From Escherichia phage a48: a DNA stretch of 64,000 nucleotides. Each line of letters begins with the position of its first letter. The stretch's first letter is position 1. The stretch lies in the sequence record OQ067375.1. The stretch is one strand, 5' to 3'. This document shows, in pieces, positions 30,169-40,921 of the stretch. A program made the position numbers and the translations under genes. The notes beneath the pieces are model-generated. The model was given only the letters and a program-made list of their open reading frames with translations, was not told the DNA's origin and made no database searches.

Positions 30169-31595
30169 TAAAATTTTAATTCATTTGCCAAAGCATCTAA
30201 CTGAGCTCGAGTGGATTCATTTCTTTGATAGCGATTCTGCTCAGCCTGAATCTGTTGTGAACCTGCTACTTCACTCACTTCAGTTGGAGTAGAATCTTGT
30301 TCAATTTCTACCCATTTTTGATTTCCTTTTTGAACACCCATCAAAAACTTATTCCACTTATTCTTATCACCATATCGTGATTTGATTTGCTTAATAAGTT
30401 GTTGTTCAGCAGCTGCTAGCTCCTCGGTTTCAATGACCGCAAGCATAAAATCAGCTGTTGCTGGAAGACCAGCAGATTCTGCAATATCGCTCATGTTAAC
30501 ATCGGAAGAATCCCAAGCCTGTTTACCAACCTGAGCTGCAGTCCAAAGAACAGTTTCGGTTTCAACAGCCAGAGCACGCAATTCCTCTGCGATAGCTTTA
30601 ACAGTTGTGTAACTATTTTCTGAATAAACTCTAATGCGGCAAGATTTACAAATACCTAGATAGTCGACAATAATGATTGTTGGAACAAAATTCTTCTTGA
30701 GCTTTAATTCATTTAAAAGTGATCGAAATGTATTAGCGTCTGCTCCACCAGTAGGATATTGCTTAACGATTAAACGACCAAGGGTAGATTTCTCACGCCA
30801 TTTTTCCATTTTTCCTTTATACTCAGCGTAAGAAATATGTCCATCATCAATATCGTCAAGAGAAACATCGAGCATGTTAGCATCAATACGTTTAGCACAG
30901 ACTTCTTCTGCCATTTCCATGGAGATATAAAGAACGTTATGACCAAGCTGCAAATAATCTGCTGCTAATGAACAAAGTCCTAATGATTTACCAACGTTAA
31001 CGCCAGCCATTAAAACGTTCAGTGTTCCAGTCTCAGCTCCGCCTTTAGTAATTTTGTTTAGAATTCTGAGTTTAAATGGAACCTTACGAGCTTTATTCAT
31101 ATAAGATAGCCAACGCGCTTCATAGTCATCCATCCAATCATGACCAACGTAGCTATCAAATGAAATTGATAATGCTTGGCGCATGATGTCAGGAATAGCA
31201 CCTACATCTGGCATTTTCTTATTTCGTTTTTCCGGAGGAAGCTCAGCATTAGTTTGAATTTCGATTATTTTAGACGTAGCATTAAACATCGCCCTTTGTT
31301 GAACATATTTTTCTGTTTCTTTTACTAACCAGCTGTGGTCTTCTGGAGAATCAGCCAGTTTTGAAATAAGTGTTTTTACACCAGAATATTCTGTTTCAGT
31401 AAATGAACTATTTTCTAATGCAACATTTAACGCATTAATAGATGGAACGCTATGATACTCATTAACATGAGATTTAATTAATTTGAATGTATTTTTAGCT
31501 GGACCACTTTCAAAATATTCTGAATCCATATATGGCCAAACTTTTGAAAAATAAGCTTGATCAAATATAAGATGAGAAAGAATAATTTCTACCAC
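30168..31595 (-). CDS. 41: Replicative DNA helicase gp41
   Basis: 475 aa as T4 gp41; first codon is GTG. Confidence 0.95.
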   Translation of the reverse strand: MVEIILSHLIFDQAYFSKVWPYMDSEYFESGPAKNTFKLIKSHVNEYHSVPSINALNVALENSSFTETEYSGVKTLISKLADSPEDHSWLVKETEKYVQQRAMFNATSKIIEIQTNAELPPEKRNKKMPDVGAIPDIMRQALSISFDSYVGHDWMDDYEARWLSYMNKARKVPFKLRILNKITKGGAETGTLNVLMAGVNVGKSLGLCSLAADYLQLGHNVLYISMEMAEEVCAKRIDANMLDVSLDDIDDGHISYAEYKGKMEKWREKSTLGRLIVKQYPTGGADANTFRSLLNELKLKKNFVPTIIIVDYLGICKSCRIRVYSENSYTTVKAIAEELRALAVETETVLWTAAQVGKQAWDSSDVNMSDIAESAGLPATADFMLAVIETEELAAAEQQLIKQIKSRYGDKNKWNKFLMGVQKGNQKWVEIEQDSTPTEVSEVAGSQQIQAEQNRYQRNESTRAQLDALANELKF

Positions 31596-31604
31596 ACTTA
31601 CTCC

Positions 31605-31943
31605 TTAAAAGAATTTAAACTTTTTCTTTGACCTTTTATTAAATGCATCTTGTAGTTGCATTGTAATACATTTTTCTACATGAGGAGCTAACTCAGCTTT
31701 TCTTTCTTGGTCAAGAACAGCAAAGTCCATTACGACTTTTCCATCAACCCAATCTAATTTTGTCACATACACAATGTGTGTAGAACCATCTTCTAGTTTA
31801 ATGACAATCTCCTGGATAACATTTTCCATAGCGGATTTAATTATCTTAAGAGACTCATTAAAAAGACGTTCTTTTCTTTCTTCTTCCCCCTCCGAAGAGG
31901 GGGATTCATCGATAATTTCTAAATCTAAATCATCTTTACTCAT
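31605..31943 (-). CDS. 40: gp40-like head assembly protein (112 aa from first ATG)
   Basis: Position between 41 and uvsX; track start is GTG. Confidence 0.5.
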   Translation of the reverse strand: MSKDDLDLEIIDESPSSEGEEERKERLFNESLKIIKSAMENVIQEIVIKLEDGSTHIVYVTKLDWVDGKVVMDFAVLDQERKAELAPHVEKCITMQLQDAFNKRSKKKFKFF

Positions 31944-33117
31944 TAAATTCTTCCATATCACTTAACTGCTCGAGGTCAGTTTCTAAATCAGCTGCTGATT
32001 TACTTTTACTTTCTGGAGATTTAAATTTTTCAACCTTTGAGTTAATCAATTCATCAACTTCAGCTTCAACAATTTCATTACTATCAATAGCACCTAACTG
32101 ATAAGCACGTTTAATAGCATCTCGGAATGGTTGATGCTTAAATAAAGGACCCCAGAATGTAGTGCAGTTGGTATCTTTTGCACGCCAAGATTTTTCTTCG
32201 CGAATCATCTCGCCGGTTTCTTCATCAAGAAATTCACGAGCATACCAACCATTTTTAGGTTTTACTACAAATCCTAATTCTAGAGCCATATCTAACAATC
32301 CAGAATAAGGATCAATACCACCGTCAAATTTAACATCAATAAAGAATTTACTTTTTTCTTTAACGGTACGAGATTTTTCTACATTTAGAACAAATTGATA
32401 CCCCTGAAGATCAGAACCATCTTTAATCTGACGCTTACCGATAATGAATACAGTATCAGCCGAATACATTACGCCTGTACCACCTGTCATCACGGTTTTA
32501 CTAAACATTTCAATTGTTTCAATTGTATGGTTAACCGCAACACATGGAATATTTTTAATGCTAAAGTAAGGAGTAACAATACGGAATAATGACTTCAGTG
32601 ATTTAGCACGAGTCATATCTGCCACAGATTTTTCATTCAAGGCATCTTCCGTTTCTTTCTTAGAAGCCATATTACCGATTGAGTCGATGAATACAATAAC
32701 TTTTTCACCACGCTCAATAGCTTCAAGCTGATTCACCATATCAATTTTCAGCTGTTCAACTGACTGGATTGGCGTATGAATTACTCGTTCCGGGTCAACT
32801 CCCATGGATCGCAAATAAGCTGGAGTAATACCAAATTCACTATCATAGAATAGACAAACCGCGTCAGGATATTTGTTCAAATATGCCGCAACCATAGTCA
32901 AAGACATATTTGATTTAAAGTGTTTAGAAGGCCCTGCGAAAATAGTTAAACCAGACTGCATACCGCCATCAATCGCACCAGAAATAGCAATATTAAGCAT
33001 TGGAATTTTTGTACGAATTACATCCTTTTCATTAAAGAATTTAGATGTAGTCAGTTCAGCAGTCATTTTAGAAGTGGAAGCTTTAATCAAACGGGATTTT
33101 AAATCTGCAATAGACAT
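31936..33117 (-). CDS. uvsX: Recombinase UvsX (RecA-like)
   Basis: 393 aa, matches T4 UvsX. Confidence 0.95.
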   Translation of the reverse strand: MSIADLKSRLIKASTSKMTAELTTSKFFNEKDVIRTKIPMLNIAISGAIDGGMQSGLTIFAGPSKHFKSNMSLTMVAAYLNKYPDAVCLFYDSEFGITPAYLRSMGVDPERVIHTPIQSVEQLKIDMVNQLEAIERGEKVIVFIDSIGNMASKKETEDALNEKSVADMTRAKSLKSLFRIVTPYFSIKNIPCVAVNHTIETIEMFSKTVMTGGTGVMYSADTVFIIGKRQIKDGSDLQGYQFVLNVEKSRTVKEKSKFFIDVKFDGGIDPYSGLLDMALELGFVVKPKNGWYAREFLDEETGEMIREEKSWRAKDTNCTTFWGPLFKHQPFRDAIKRAYQLGAIDSNEIVEAEVDELINSKVEKFKSPESKSKSAADLETDLEQLSDMEEFNE

Positions 33118-33194
33118 TCATTTTTTCCATAGGCATCATTATATTTTCCTCACTGGTTAAAGATAGAGTAATTATAACACAATAAATTTAGGCA

Positions 33195-34043
33195 TTAATC
33201 AACTGCTATTGGATGAATAGCATTAAACTTATGAAATGCTTCTGATTTTTCTTTACGCGAAACGCACATGCGAAGAACCTTTAATGGCTCGTCTTCTTCA
33301 CCCAACGATTTTCGTTTTTCAATATTAGAAGTTTTCCAACGAGCTTGCTCTGGAAACTCTCTATTGATTTGCTCAAGCGCTCTATTATGTTTAGAATTAC
33401 TACGAATTGAACTACACCCGCCAGGAGCTTGTGCTTTTCCAGATACAACTAGATATTTGAACAAGGCCAAATGCGGATAACCTTGATTAATTAAATTGAG
33501 AAATGCATACATATCTTCGCATAAATCAATTTTTCCATACCCAATTTGTTCTGTCGTAAGTTTTCCGAGGTCATACCATGTATTCGTGAATCCATATGAA
33601 TTTTCACGATAATTACCCCAAGATGAAGTAATTTTAAAAATTGGTAGACGAGCATGACCGTGATAATACCCGCAATCCATGGCATCTTCAACATATTGAA
33701 TCAATTCATAGAACTGTTCACGAGTTAATTGATTAATTTTATCTACGCGCCGTTTATCGTCTCTCTTTCGTATTGAACTCATACGAATAGTAGTATCATC
33801 GTCAATCATCCAGATTCGTTGACCTGCATACATATCAGTAATTGCTTTACGAGTACCGGCAATTCCGTTTACATCATCAGGAATAGTTATAATTTTAGCT
33901 CTAGACCCATAGGCATCATAATAAGCTTTTTCTTCATGTTCACGTACTACGATATGAGGTTCATAATCAGTCGGAAACATATCAAGGGCAGAAACTGCCC
34001 CTACACGTTGATAGCTCGGAATTACGAATTGAATCATTTCCAC
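33195..34043 (-). CDS. Putative DNA glycosyltransferase, GT-A-like (282 aa)
   Basis: DxD-like motif IWMIDDDTT; occupies the beta-gt slot between uvsX and 42. Confidence 0.5.
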   Translation of the reverse strand: MEMIQFVIPSYQRVGAVSALDMFPTDYEPHIVVREHEEKAYYDAYGSRAKIITIPDDVNGIAGTRKAITDMYAGQRIWMIDDDTTIRMSSIRKRDDKRRVDKINQLTREQFYELIQYVEDAMDCGYYHGHARLPIFKITSSWGNYRENSYGFTNTWYDLGKLTTEQIGYGKIDLCEDMYAFLNLINQGYPHLALFKYLVVSGKAQAPGGCSSIRSNSKHNRALEQINREFPEQARWKTSNIEKRKSLGEEDEPLKVLRMCVSRKEKSEAFHKFNAIHPIAVD

Positions 34044-34774
34044 TCACCGTTATAATCTTTTTTCACAATATGAGTTTCGCCAGTATTCCACCAATGATCA
34101 ACCAAGTAAAAATGACGAGAATATACATGAAGACTTCCAACATTCCATATAATAGAACCTGCTTTATACTGACGAGTTGAATCGCCGGCATTCAAATCAG
34201 ATACTAATTTATCTAATACGTATTTTTGCCATGCATAATCATTACGGAATCCGAAGACCACGTCATTTGAGCGCATGCTTACTACTGCATTGACTTTCTT
34301 ATCACGAATCAGGTATTGTACTGTATTCGTACACATGAAATCTGACATACCATCTTTATTGTAGTCAAACTGCATAGATGGACGAGTATAAATCATGATA
34401 CCGCGCCGAGAATCAGGATTTTGACCAAGTTCAGCTAAACACATATCATACTGGGCATAGTTATCTTCTGACCAAATAGCCCAACCATAATTCGAGTTAA
34501 TTTCGCCTTTAGAAGATGCTACCTGCTGCCAAATCTTTGGTGTTTCACCTGGAATATCTTTAACAAACAAGCTCTTAGATTTATACCATTCAAGTTCACG
34601 CTGAATGTATTCATCATTAAGAGCGCCAAAAATAAACGGTTCATCTGCTACAAATGATGCGCCAATAATTTCAATAGTTTTAACGCCAGTTTTATCAACT
34701 ACGAAATCTTTTTCCTTTAATGCAAGCCCCAAATGAAGACGGATTTCTTCAACTGTCATAGAGTCACTAATCAT
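34034..34774 (-). CDS. 42: dCMP hydroxymethylase gp42
   Basis: 246 aa as T4 gp42. Confidence 0.95.
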   Translation of the reverse strand: MISDSMTVEEIRLHLGLALKEKDFVVDKTGVKTIEIIGASFVADEPFIFGALNDEYIQRELEWYKSKSLFVKDIPGETPKIWQQVASSKGEINSNYGWAIWSEDNYAQYDMCLAELGQNPDSRRGIMIYTRPSMQFDYNKDGMSDFMCTNTVQYLIRDKKVNAVVSMRSNDVVFGFRNDYAWQKYVLDKLVSDLNAGDSTRQYKAGSIIWNVGSLHVYSRHFYLVDHWWNTGETHIVKKDYNGEWK

Positions 34775-34781
34775 TTAAACC

Positions 34782-34931
34782 TCAATTGATACATTCATAT
34801 TTAACTTGTAACAGTAATAAACCCCAACCTAAAATAATAGTTGGAATCATAAGAGGAACCGTTACACTATAGTATATACTTATTATAACCATCAAGATTA
34901 AAAGCAATGCTGCTATAATTTTGCTTTTCAT
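34782..34931 (-). CDS. Small membrane peptide, 49 aa (sub-threshold)
   Basis: Verified open frame; ATGA overlap with imm stop. Confidence 0.3.
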   Translation of the reverse strand: MKSKIIAALLLILMVIISIYYSVTVPLMIPTIILGWGLLLLQVKYECIN

Positions 34932-35179
34932 TCCTTCTCTCTGATGATAATTACCTGATTTGGCTGTGCAGACTTTTTGGTTTCACCCGCAATTGACCAA
35001 ATAAATGTAATAAACCAACCAATAATTGACCAGTTAAACAGTAAAGACGTGAAAAAGATTCCTACTGCCGATTTTGACCCACGCATTAAGGCGATGAACC
35101 ATGGAAGCATGTATATAATAATAGCCAACACGCCTGAAACTAAAACCATAAAAATTGAACCTGCTACTAAAGTTTCCAT
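34928..35179 (-). CDS. imm: Immunity protein Imm (membrane, superinfection exclusion)
   Basis: 83 aa, two hydrophobic segments, position between 42 and 43. Confidence 0.65.
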   Translation of the reverse strand: METLVAGSIFMVLVSGVLAIIIYMLPWFIALMRGSKSAVGIFFTSLLFNWSIIGWFITFIWSIAGETKKSAQPNQVIIIREKE

Positions 35180-35186
35180 CTTTTCC

Positions 35187-35567
35187 TCACTTAGTCAAAT
35201 TTTTTACGCATGAATTATAAGAATTCACTACATACTCCATCGGAGCATTTTTACCAGTACGCCATTGGTAATTATTAGCCCAATTTGCCCAAAGTTCAGC
35301 GCAGTAGTTTTCAATTTTTTCTTCGCGTGTAATTACATCCGAATTACGATATGCTTGAGCAGATTCATCTGGACGAATAGCCTCGTCAAAATTCGCCTGC
35401 ATTTGTTCTACTGTCTGTTTTGGAGCTTCTTTATAACACTTGACGTTAGGATTATAAAATTTGCTTGAACAGTTTACAATTTTTCCTACATCAGACTGAT
35501 TTACTACCGGTCCTTGAGCTACACAACCAGTAAGACCTAATGCAATAACCAAAATAGCAATTTTCAT
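35187..35567 (-). CDS. Putative lipoprotein (126 aa)
   Basis: Signal peptide with lipobox LTGC. Confidence 0.5.
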   Translation of the reverse strand: MKIAILVIALGLTGCVAQGPVVNQSDVGKIVNCSSKFYNPNVKCYKEAPKQTVEQMQANFDEAIRPDESAQAYRNSDVITREEKIENYCAELWANWANNYQWRTGKNAPMEYVVNSYNSCVKNLTK

Positions 35568-35577
35568 AATAATTTCC

Positions 35578-35814
35578 TCAAATACAAGTAGTAATTACTC
35601 CAGTAGTGCTTACACAGGTATTACCTAATTGAACACCCAGTGTTCCATTAGTATTCATATGAAGATTATCATCAATTTTTGTTGATACTTTACCATTCAT
35701 GTGAATAACAGTATTAGATTCAATCACATTCTGAGTATCATTTTCAATATCAATAAATGGAACAGCTGCTAATGCAACTAAACACACTGCTAAGCAACCA
35801 TAAACAATTTTCAT
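35578..35814 (-). CDS. Putative secreted protein (78 aa from ATG; track start is TTG)
   Basis: N-terminal signal-like hydrophobic segment. Confidence 0.45.
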   Translation of the reverse strand: MKIVYGCLAVCLVALAAVPFIDIENDTQNVIESNTVIHMNGKVSTKIDDNLHMNTNGTLGVQLGNTCVSTTGVITTCI

Positions 35815-35848
35815 TTTATTCTCCAAATCCGTATTAGTTGATAGTTGT

Positions 35849-35878
35849 ATAGTACCACAGAGGAACAGTCTTGTAAAC
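35849..35878 (-). promoter_or_regulatory. Early sigma70-type promoter (GTTTAC / TACTAT)
   Basis: Repeated promoter-leader cassette. Confidence 0.55.
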
Positions 35879-35965
35879 AGTTTTGTGAAAAATTTTTAGG
35901 GAATTCTAAAGGTCCAGAATCATCTGTTTTTCATAAGTATAGATTTATATTATTTGTATGAAAAA

Positions 35966-35981
35966 GGGACCCGGAGGTCCC
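35966..35981 (-). terminator. Intrinsic terminator after gene 43
   Basis: GGGACC-CGGA-GGTCCC followed by T-rich run. Confidence 0.55.
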
Positions 35982-35994
35982 TAGATTTATTCTA

Positions 35995-38691
35995 TCAGCC
36001 AAACAGGAAGTCTAACGAAGCTTTTTCTTCATAGTCCATACCAGCCGATTCACACATGCCCGCAAGCGGTTTAACAAACGATTTTTGGAACAAAGTTGAG
36101 TAGTCAATCCAAGATAGTACATCAGAACGAATTTCTTTTGGAAGTTCTGTGCCCGACGGCCAAGCAATGCACTTGTCACCAAATGGATTTCCTTCACGTA
36201 ATGGAAGAACCATTACCTTATTTCCATCCAAAATTGGAGCTACACCTAAACCACTAACAGCTCGACGATAAGTTAGCACACCACGGATATGGAACGGGCA
36301 TTTAAATCCTGGCCAACCTTTATCATCATATTTCGCTATATCGTTCGCAGTTTTTACTTCAGCAATAACTTTATAGTCAAGTTGACGATATTCTTTCTCG
36401 AAGTTCTTGTAATATTCTTGGACAGACTCTTCACCTTCCTGAAGAATACGACGAATACTTTCTTCAAGAGCTTCTTGTACTGCTTTTGGTGTTGAACTCT
36501 GCTGAGTTTCCATACCCATGATTTTTAGATGCGGTTCAGCAAATCGCTTATCTTCCATATCATAAACGTTCAGAGCATAACGTTTTTTCGCTTTCCAAAA
36601 TCCACCAACACCCTTTGAACCAAGTGGAGGACAAGAAATAGCTTCACGGTCCATATGCATCAGATGCTCGCGGTTATTCATATAATCACATAACTCACGA
36701 TATGCAACATCAATCATAGGTTCCATCTTTTTCTTACCGAACTGATTCATGAATTCAACTAAATCGTTCTGCTCTTTGAATCGGTCAAGACCAACTTTTT
36801 CAATAACTTTATCTACACAAACATATACCGAATCAGTATCACCTGCTGCGATGAAATCTTCACCATTAGTTCCGCATACTTTATTCAGATATTCATTAAT
36901 TTTACGAGCAATCCACTGAATACCAACTTGGCCGAAAATTGTGATAGCAGTAGCATTTCGCAAATCATAGTAACGGAAATGAATATTACCAAGAGCGCCA
37001 TAAAGACTGTTAATGAGAATTTTACGGTTCAGCTGATTTGTATTAGCAAGTGTAGCAGCTTTTTCACATTCTTCAATCAGACTATTGAGAACAGATTCAG
37101 TATAATTCGATAGTTCATTTAAGAAATCATCACTGAACTTAACATATCGTTCAACTTCTGGTTTAGTTGAACAAGACCCTGCGCCTTTCATAATAATCTT
37201 TTTAATAGCTTCGGCATTCATTTCTTCAGCGAACATTTTCTTTTTCCAGTCTTTACGCTGGAAAAATACTTTAGCGATTTCCTTTGGAATGATACCTTCT
37301 TGATGCTTATCATACATCCATCCATTCGGAGAACAAGAATATTCTTCACTTGGCTTAGGAGCTGTTCCTGCGATATATTCATGAATTGGATGAACTTTAA
37401 ATTGCCCACGAATAGTCTCAGGACTAATGTTAACCTGACGAATAATGCTCGGATACAGAGACGTCAAGTCAAAACTCATAATATATCGACGAGCAATTGG
37501 TTTAGGTTCAAATACAAATGCACCCGGAAAACTTTGTTTAACGTGCGAACCTTGTTGAGGAATAACCTTGTGTTCACCTTTCAATGAGTTAAAAATAATA
37601 GCATCCCAAGTTTTAATAGGACTCATTACACCAGAAAAAGGCATTTTGGCGTAATAAGACATACTTAAAACTAGATCGATAAACCCACGAATTTTATCAA
37701 TTGCTTGAACTGATTCTACGTCAATGATGTTATAACTAATGTATCGTTGATGATTAGTCTCACGAAGTTTATTAATAGGACCGTCGTATGGTAATTTACC
37801 TTTTTTGGTTTCATGTTGAGCAACTGATTCCAAAGAGAATGACGGCAAATTAGTAAATGCGAATTTCTTATACAAATCTAAATAATCAAGAATAGATACG
37901 CCATCAATAGAATAAATTTCTTTGCTACCGTACATATTTTGGATAAGTTTAGATTTTACTCGACCGATTGGAGAGAAACGTTTCATACTGCGTTCACCGA
38001 GAACCATTTTAACGCGATTCATGATATACGGAACGTCAAATCCCTCAATATTCCAACCAGTAAAAATAGCAGGTCGTTTCTGTTCCCAAAGATTGATATA
38101 TTCCATGAGCATATCGCGCTCATTATCGAATGGCATATAAATTACTCGGTCAAGAATTTCTTGAGGAACTTCATCACCACCTTCACAGTCAAGCTTAGCA
38201 GCTAACTTTGCATCCCATTTTGATACTGAACCGTACATTGAATTCAAAAGGTCGAAAACATAAAAACGATCATCAATTGAATCGTAATGAGTGATAGCAT
38301 CAATTTCATATTCAGCTTTCATTGGGTCAGGAAATTTATCACCAGTAACCTCAATGTCACAGTTAGCTACACGAACAAATTTTCGGTCATAAACAATTTC
38401 TGAACCATATGTATCACTGATATAAGCGAGTTTAAAATCGTTCATACCGAGAGCTTCGAGACCGATGTCTTCCATTCGTTTCATCCAATCTCGAGCATCT
38501 TTCATTGATAGAAATTTTTGAGGAGCGCAGTTTTTACCATAGATGTCTTTGTACTTTGACTCTTCCTTACAATGCCTAAACATAGTTGGAAGATATTCTA
38601 CTTCACGAGTACGTTCCTTTCCGTTTTCATCAATATAACGTTCAACAATGTTATTTCCGACTGTTTCAATAGAGATATAAAATTCTTTCAT
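35995..38691 (-). CDS. 43: DNA polymerase gp43
   Basis: 898 aa, near-identical to recalled T4 gp43. Confidence 0.97.
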   Translation of the reverse strand: MKEFYISIETVGNNIVERYIDENGKERTREVEYLPTMFRHCKEESKYKDIYGKNCAPQKFLSMKDARDWMKRMEDIGLEALGMNDFKLAYISDTYGSEIVYDRKFVRVANCDIEVTGDKFPDPMKAEYEIDAITHYDSIDDRFYVFDLLNSMYGSVSKWDAKLAAKLDCEGGDEVPQEILDRVIYMPFDNERDMLMEYINLWEQKRPAIFTGWNIEGFDVPYIMNRVKMVLGERSMKRFSPIGRVKSKLIQNMYGSKEIYSIDGVSILDYLDLYKKFAFTNLPSFSLESVAQHETKKGKLPYDGPINKLRETNHQRYISYNIIDVESVQAIDKIRGFIDLVLSMSYYAKMPFSGVMSPIKTWDAIIFNSLKGEHKVIPQQGSHVKQSFPGAFVFEPKPIARRYIMSFDLTSLYPSIIRQVNISPETIRGQFKVHPIHEYIAGTAPKPSEEYSCSPNGWMYDKHQEGIIPKEIAKVFFQRKDWKKKMFAEEMNAEAIKKIIMKGAGSCSTKPEVERYVKFSDDFLNELSNYTESVLNSLIEECEKAATLANTNQLNRKILINSLYGALGNIHFRYYDLRNATAITIFGQVGIQWIARKINEYLNKVCGTNGEDFIAAGDTDSVYVCVDKVIEKVGLDRFKEQNDLVEFMNQFGKKKMEPMIDVAYRELCDYMNNREHLMHMDREAISCPPLGSKGVGGFWKAKKRYALNVYDMEDKRFAEPHLKIMGMETQQSSTPKAVQEALEESIRRILQEGEESVQEYYKNFEKEYRQLDYKVIAEVKTANDIAKYDDKGWPGFKCPFHIRGVLTYRRAVSGLGVAPILDGNKVMVLPLREGNPFGDKCIAWPSGTELPKEIRSDVLSWIDYSTLFQKSFVKPLAGMCESAGMDYEEKASLDFLFG

Positions 38692-38735
38692 AGATATTCC
38701 TTAGTTTATAGCCCGAGTTATTAGGCTCTTGATAT
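38692..38735 (-). promoter_or_regulatory. Gene 43 translational operator (gp43 autoregulation hairpin plus SD)
   Basis: mRNA reads AGCC-UAAUAACUCG-GGCU followed by AAGGAA SD and AUG. Confidence 0.65.
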
Positions 38736-38750
38736 ATTATACTCCAAATA

Positions 38751-38766
38751 AGGGGCCGAAGCCCCT
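38751..38766 (-). other. C(UUCG)G RNA hairpin upstream of gene 43 leader
   Basis: AGGGGC-CGAA-GCCCCT. Confidence 0.55.
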
Positions 38767-38769
38767 TGC

Positions 38770-38991
38770 TTAAATTAGTACTATTTGCCGGGTGAAAATT
38801 ATCATTCCATCTGCATTAATTGACTTAACGACTGCAGTAAAATGTTTTTGTTCTGGGTGAACTAATTTTTGAAATTCTACCTGAAATTTTAATTGGAGGT
38901 TTTCTGGTAAATCAAAAAGTGTTTCTGTTGCAGAAAGATTATATTTTTCTTTAAGAGACGCCATGTATTCTTGTGGAGTTATAGCAGTCAT
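38770..38991 (-). CDS. Hypothetical protein (73 aa from ATG abutting regA stop)
   Basis: ORF between regA and 43. Confidence 0.4.
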   Translation of the reverse strand: MTAITPQEYMASLKEKYNLSATETLFDLPENLQLKFQVEFQKLVHPEQKHFTAVVKSINADGMIIFTRQIVLI

Positions 38992-38992
38992 A

Positions 38993-39361
38993 TTAATTAC
39001 CAATCGTATATTTAGGAACGAGTTTCCATTCATGTTTTTGTTTAAAAGAAATAACTCGGAAGTTATTAGTTAAATCTTTCATAAAAGTTCTTTGACCAGG
39101 AACGATTTCAATCAGCCCCCAATCTTCTAACAGCCATGCAATCGAATCACGACGAACTTCATCTTCTTCTGTCATTTCAACTTGACGGCCATCCATACGA
39201 AGCATTTCTTTAAAATGAACGATATAGTATAGTCCTTTTTTCTGAAGAATATGACAGGACTGATACAGAACTTTATCTTTATTATTAGCAATTCCCATAC
39301 GAGTCAAAGTTTCTTTTACTTTCAGAAAATCTTCAGGTTTTTTAAGAGTAATTTCAATCAT
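38993..39361 (-). CDS. regA: Translational repressor RegA
   Basis: 122 aa as T4 RegA. Confidence 0.9.
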   Translation of the reverse strand: MIEITLKKPEDFLKVKETLTRMGIANNKDKVLYQSCHILQKKGLYYIVHFKEMLRMDGRQVEMTEEDEVRRDSIAWLLEDWGLIEIVPGQRTFMKDLTNNFRVISFKQKHEWKLVPKYTIGN

Positions 39362-39362
39362 T

Positions 39363-39926
39363 TTACCATTCCAATGCTAGTTTTTTGAGTTGTTTCTGTT
39401 CTTTTACGTTCTTAGTCACTTCTTTCAAAAAATCATCCGTGACTAAACCTTTTAGTTCTTTTAATACTAAAGGAAGTTTTCCATTTTTAGTAAGAATTGA
39501 TTTATAGTTAATTGCATCATTTGTATTAACTTGATACCGCTTAGCAAGTAACTTAATAATCAATACTTCGGTGGAATCTTCAACCAGTTTTGCCCATTTA
39601 CCATATCTTTTACCACGAGGAACAGCAGCCATTAGATAATTAAAATGAGCTTCATCACTTAATCCAGAACCGATTAAATTCATTGCATATACAGCTGGCA
39701 TGCACTCTGGAAATTGTGATAATGCATTTTCAACCATGAATTTTGAATAATCTTTTTGAGCAATAGAGCATTTAGTTTTATTATTAATAGCTCCAATTAT
39801 TTCAAAAAACTCATTTTCAGCTTTTTCTTTAAAAGAATCAGCAGCGGATTGGACGGCTGTCCAATCTTTTGAATACCAAGCAACTTGATGCTCGTTTAAT
39901 TGAATATCATCTTCAAATAAGCTCAT
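39363..39926 (-). CDS. 62: Clamp loader small subunit gp62
   Basis: 187 aa from ATG (track start GTG). Confidence 0.85.
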   Translation of the reverse strand: MSLFEDDIQLNEHQVAWYSKDWTAVQSAADSFKEKAENEFFEIIGAINNKTKCSIAQKDYSKFMVENALSQFPECMPAVYAMNLIGSGLSDEAHFNYLMAAVPRGKRYGKWAKLVEDSTEVLIIKLLAKRYQVNTNDAINYKSILTKNGKLPLVLKELKGLVTDDFLKEVTKNVKEQKQLKKLALEW

Positions 39927-39927
39927 A

Positions 39928-40887
39928 TCACTTCCACTGCATTTCACATGCTAACTGAATGAAAAGATAAGCTAGATGCAATTCAGTATTAGCTGCAATA
40001 CCATGATACTGATTATTTTCGCCGACAATTTCGTACATACGAATAATACTCTGTGGAGTTACACGTGAATAGATTTCTTCGGCAAGTTTACCCACGAACC
40101 ACGAATAATCGGCTGCATATTTTGGTGCTAAAGCTCTGAGTTGTTTAACATCTTTATTTTTGAGAGACTCAAGAACATCATCAATAGCACCACGATCGTT
40201 AGTAACCAGTGATAAAATACCAGCATCCAAAACACCTTTAGATGAATAACTATCGAGCTCGCCAATAGTTTTACGAAAATCAGGAAAATTCTTTTTAACC
40301 AAAGCTGCTACAACTTTCATATCAGCTATAGCAATTCCTTCATGCTTACAGATTTCAGTCAATCGACGAATCATCTGCTTCATCATTTCAATTTTATCTT
40401 CATCGGTCGGTTGACCGAACGTAATAACTCGGCAGCGTGACTGAAGTGGTTTAATAATACCATCAATATTGTTAGCAGTAATAATAATACTACAGTTTGA
40501 ACTATAAGCTTCCATAAAGGAACGAAGATGTCGCTGAGATTCTGCTAAACCTGAACGGTCAAATTCATCAATAACGATTACTTTTTGACGACCATCAAAT
40601 GAAGCTGCACTAGCAAAATTAGTCAAAGGACCACGAACGAAATCAATTTTACAGTCTGATCCATTCACAAACATCATATCAGCATTTACATCATGACACA
40701 ATGCTTTTGCTACAGTTGTTTTACCTGTTCCTGGAGAAGGAGAATGAAGAATAATATGTGGAATCTTACCTTTACTTGTAATAGATTTAAAGGTTTCTTT
40801 ATCAAAGGCGGGAAGAATACATTCATCGATAGTAGATGGACGATATTTCTGTTCAAGAATGTGTTCTTTTTCATTTACGGTAATCAT
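39928..40887 (-). CDS. 44: Clamp loader ATPase gp44
   Basis: 319 aa from ATG (track start TTG); Walker A GTGKTT. Confidence 0.95.
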
Positions 40888-40921
40888 AATTTCCTCATTC
40901 AAGTTTTAGTGTAAATTATAA

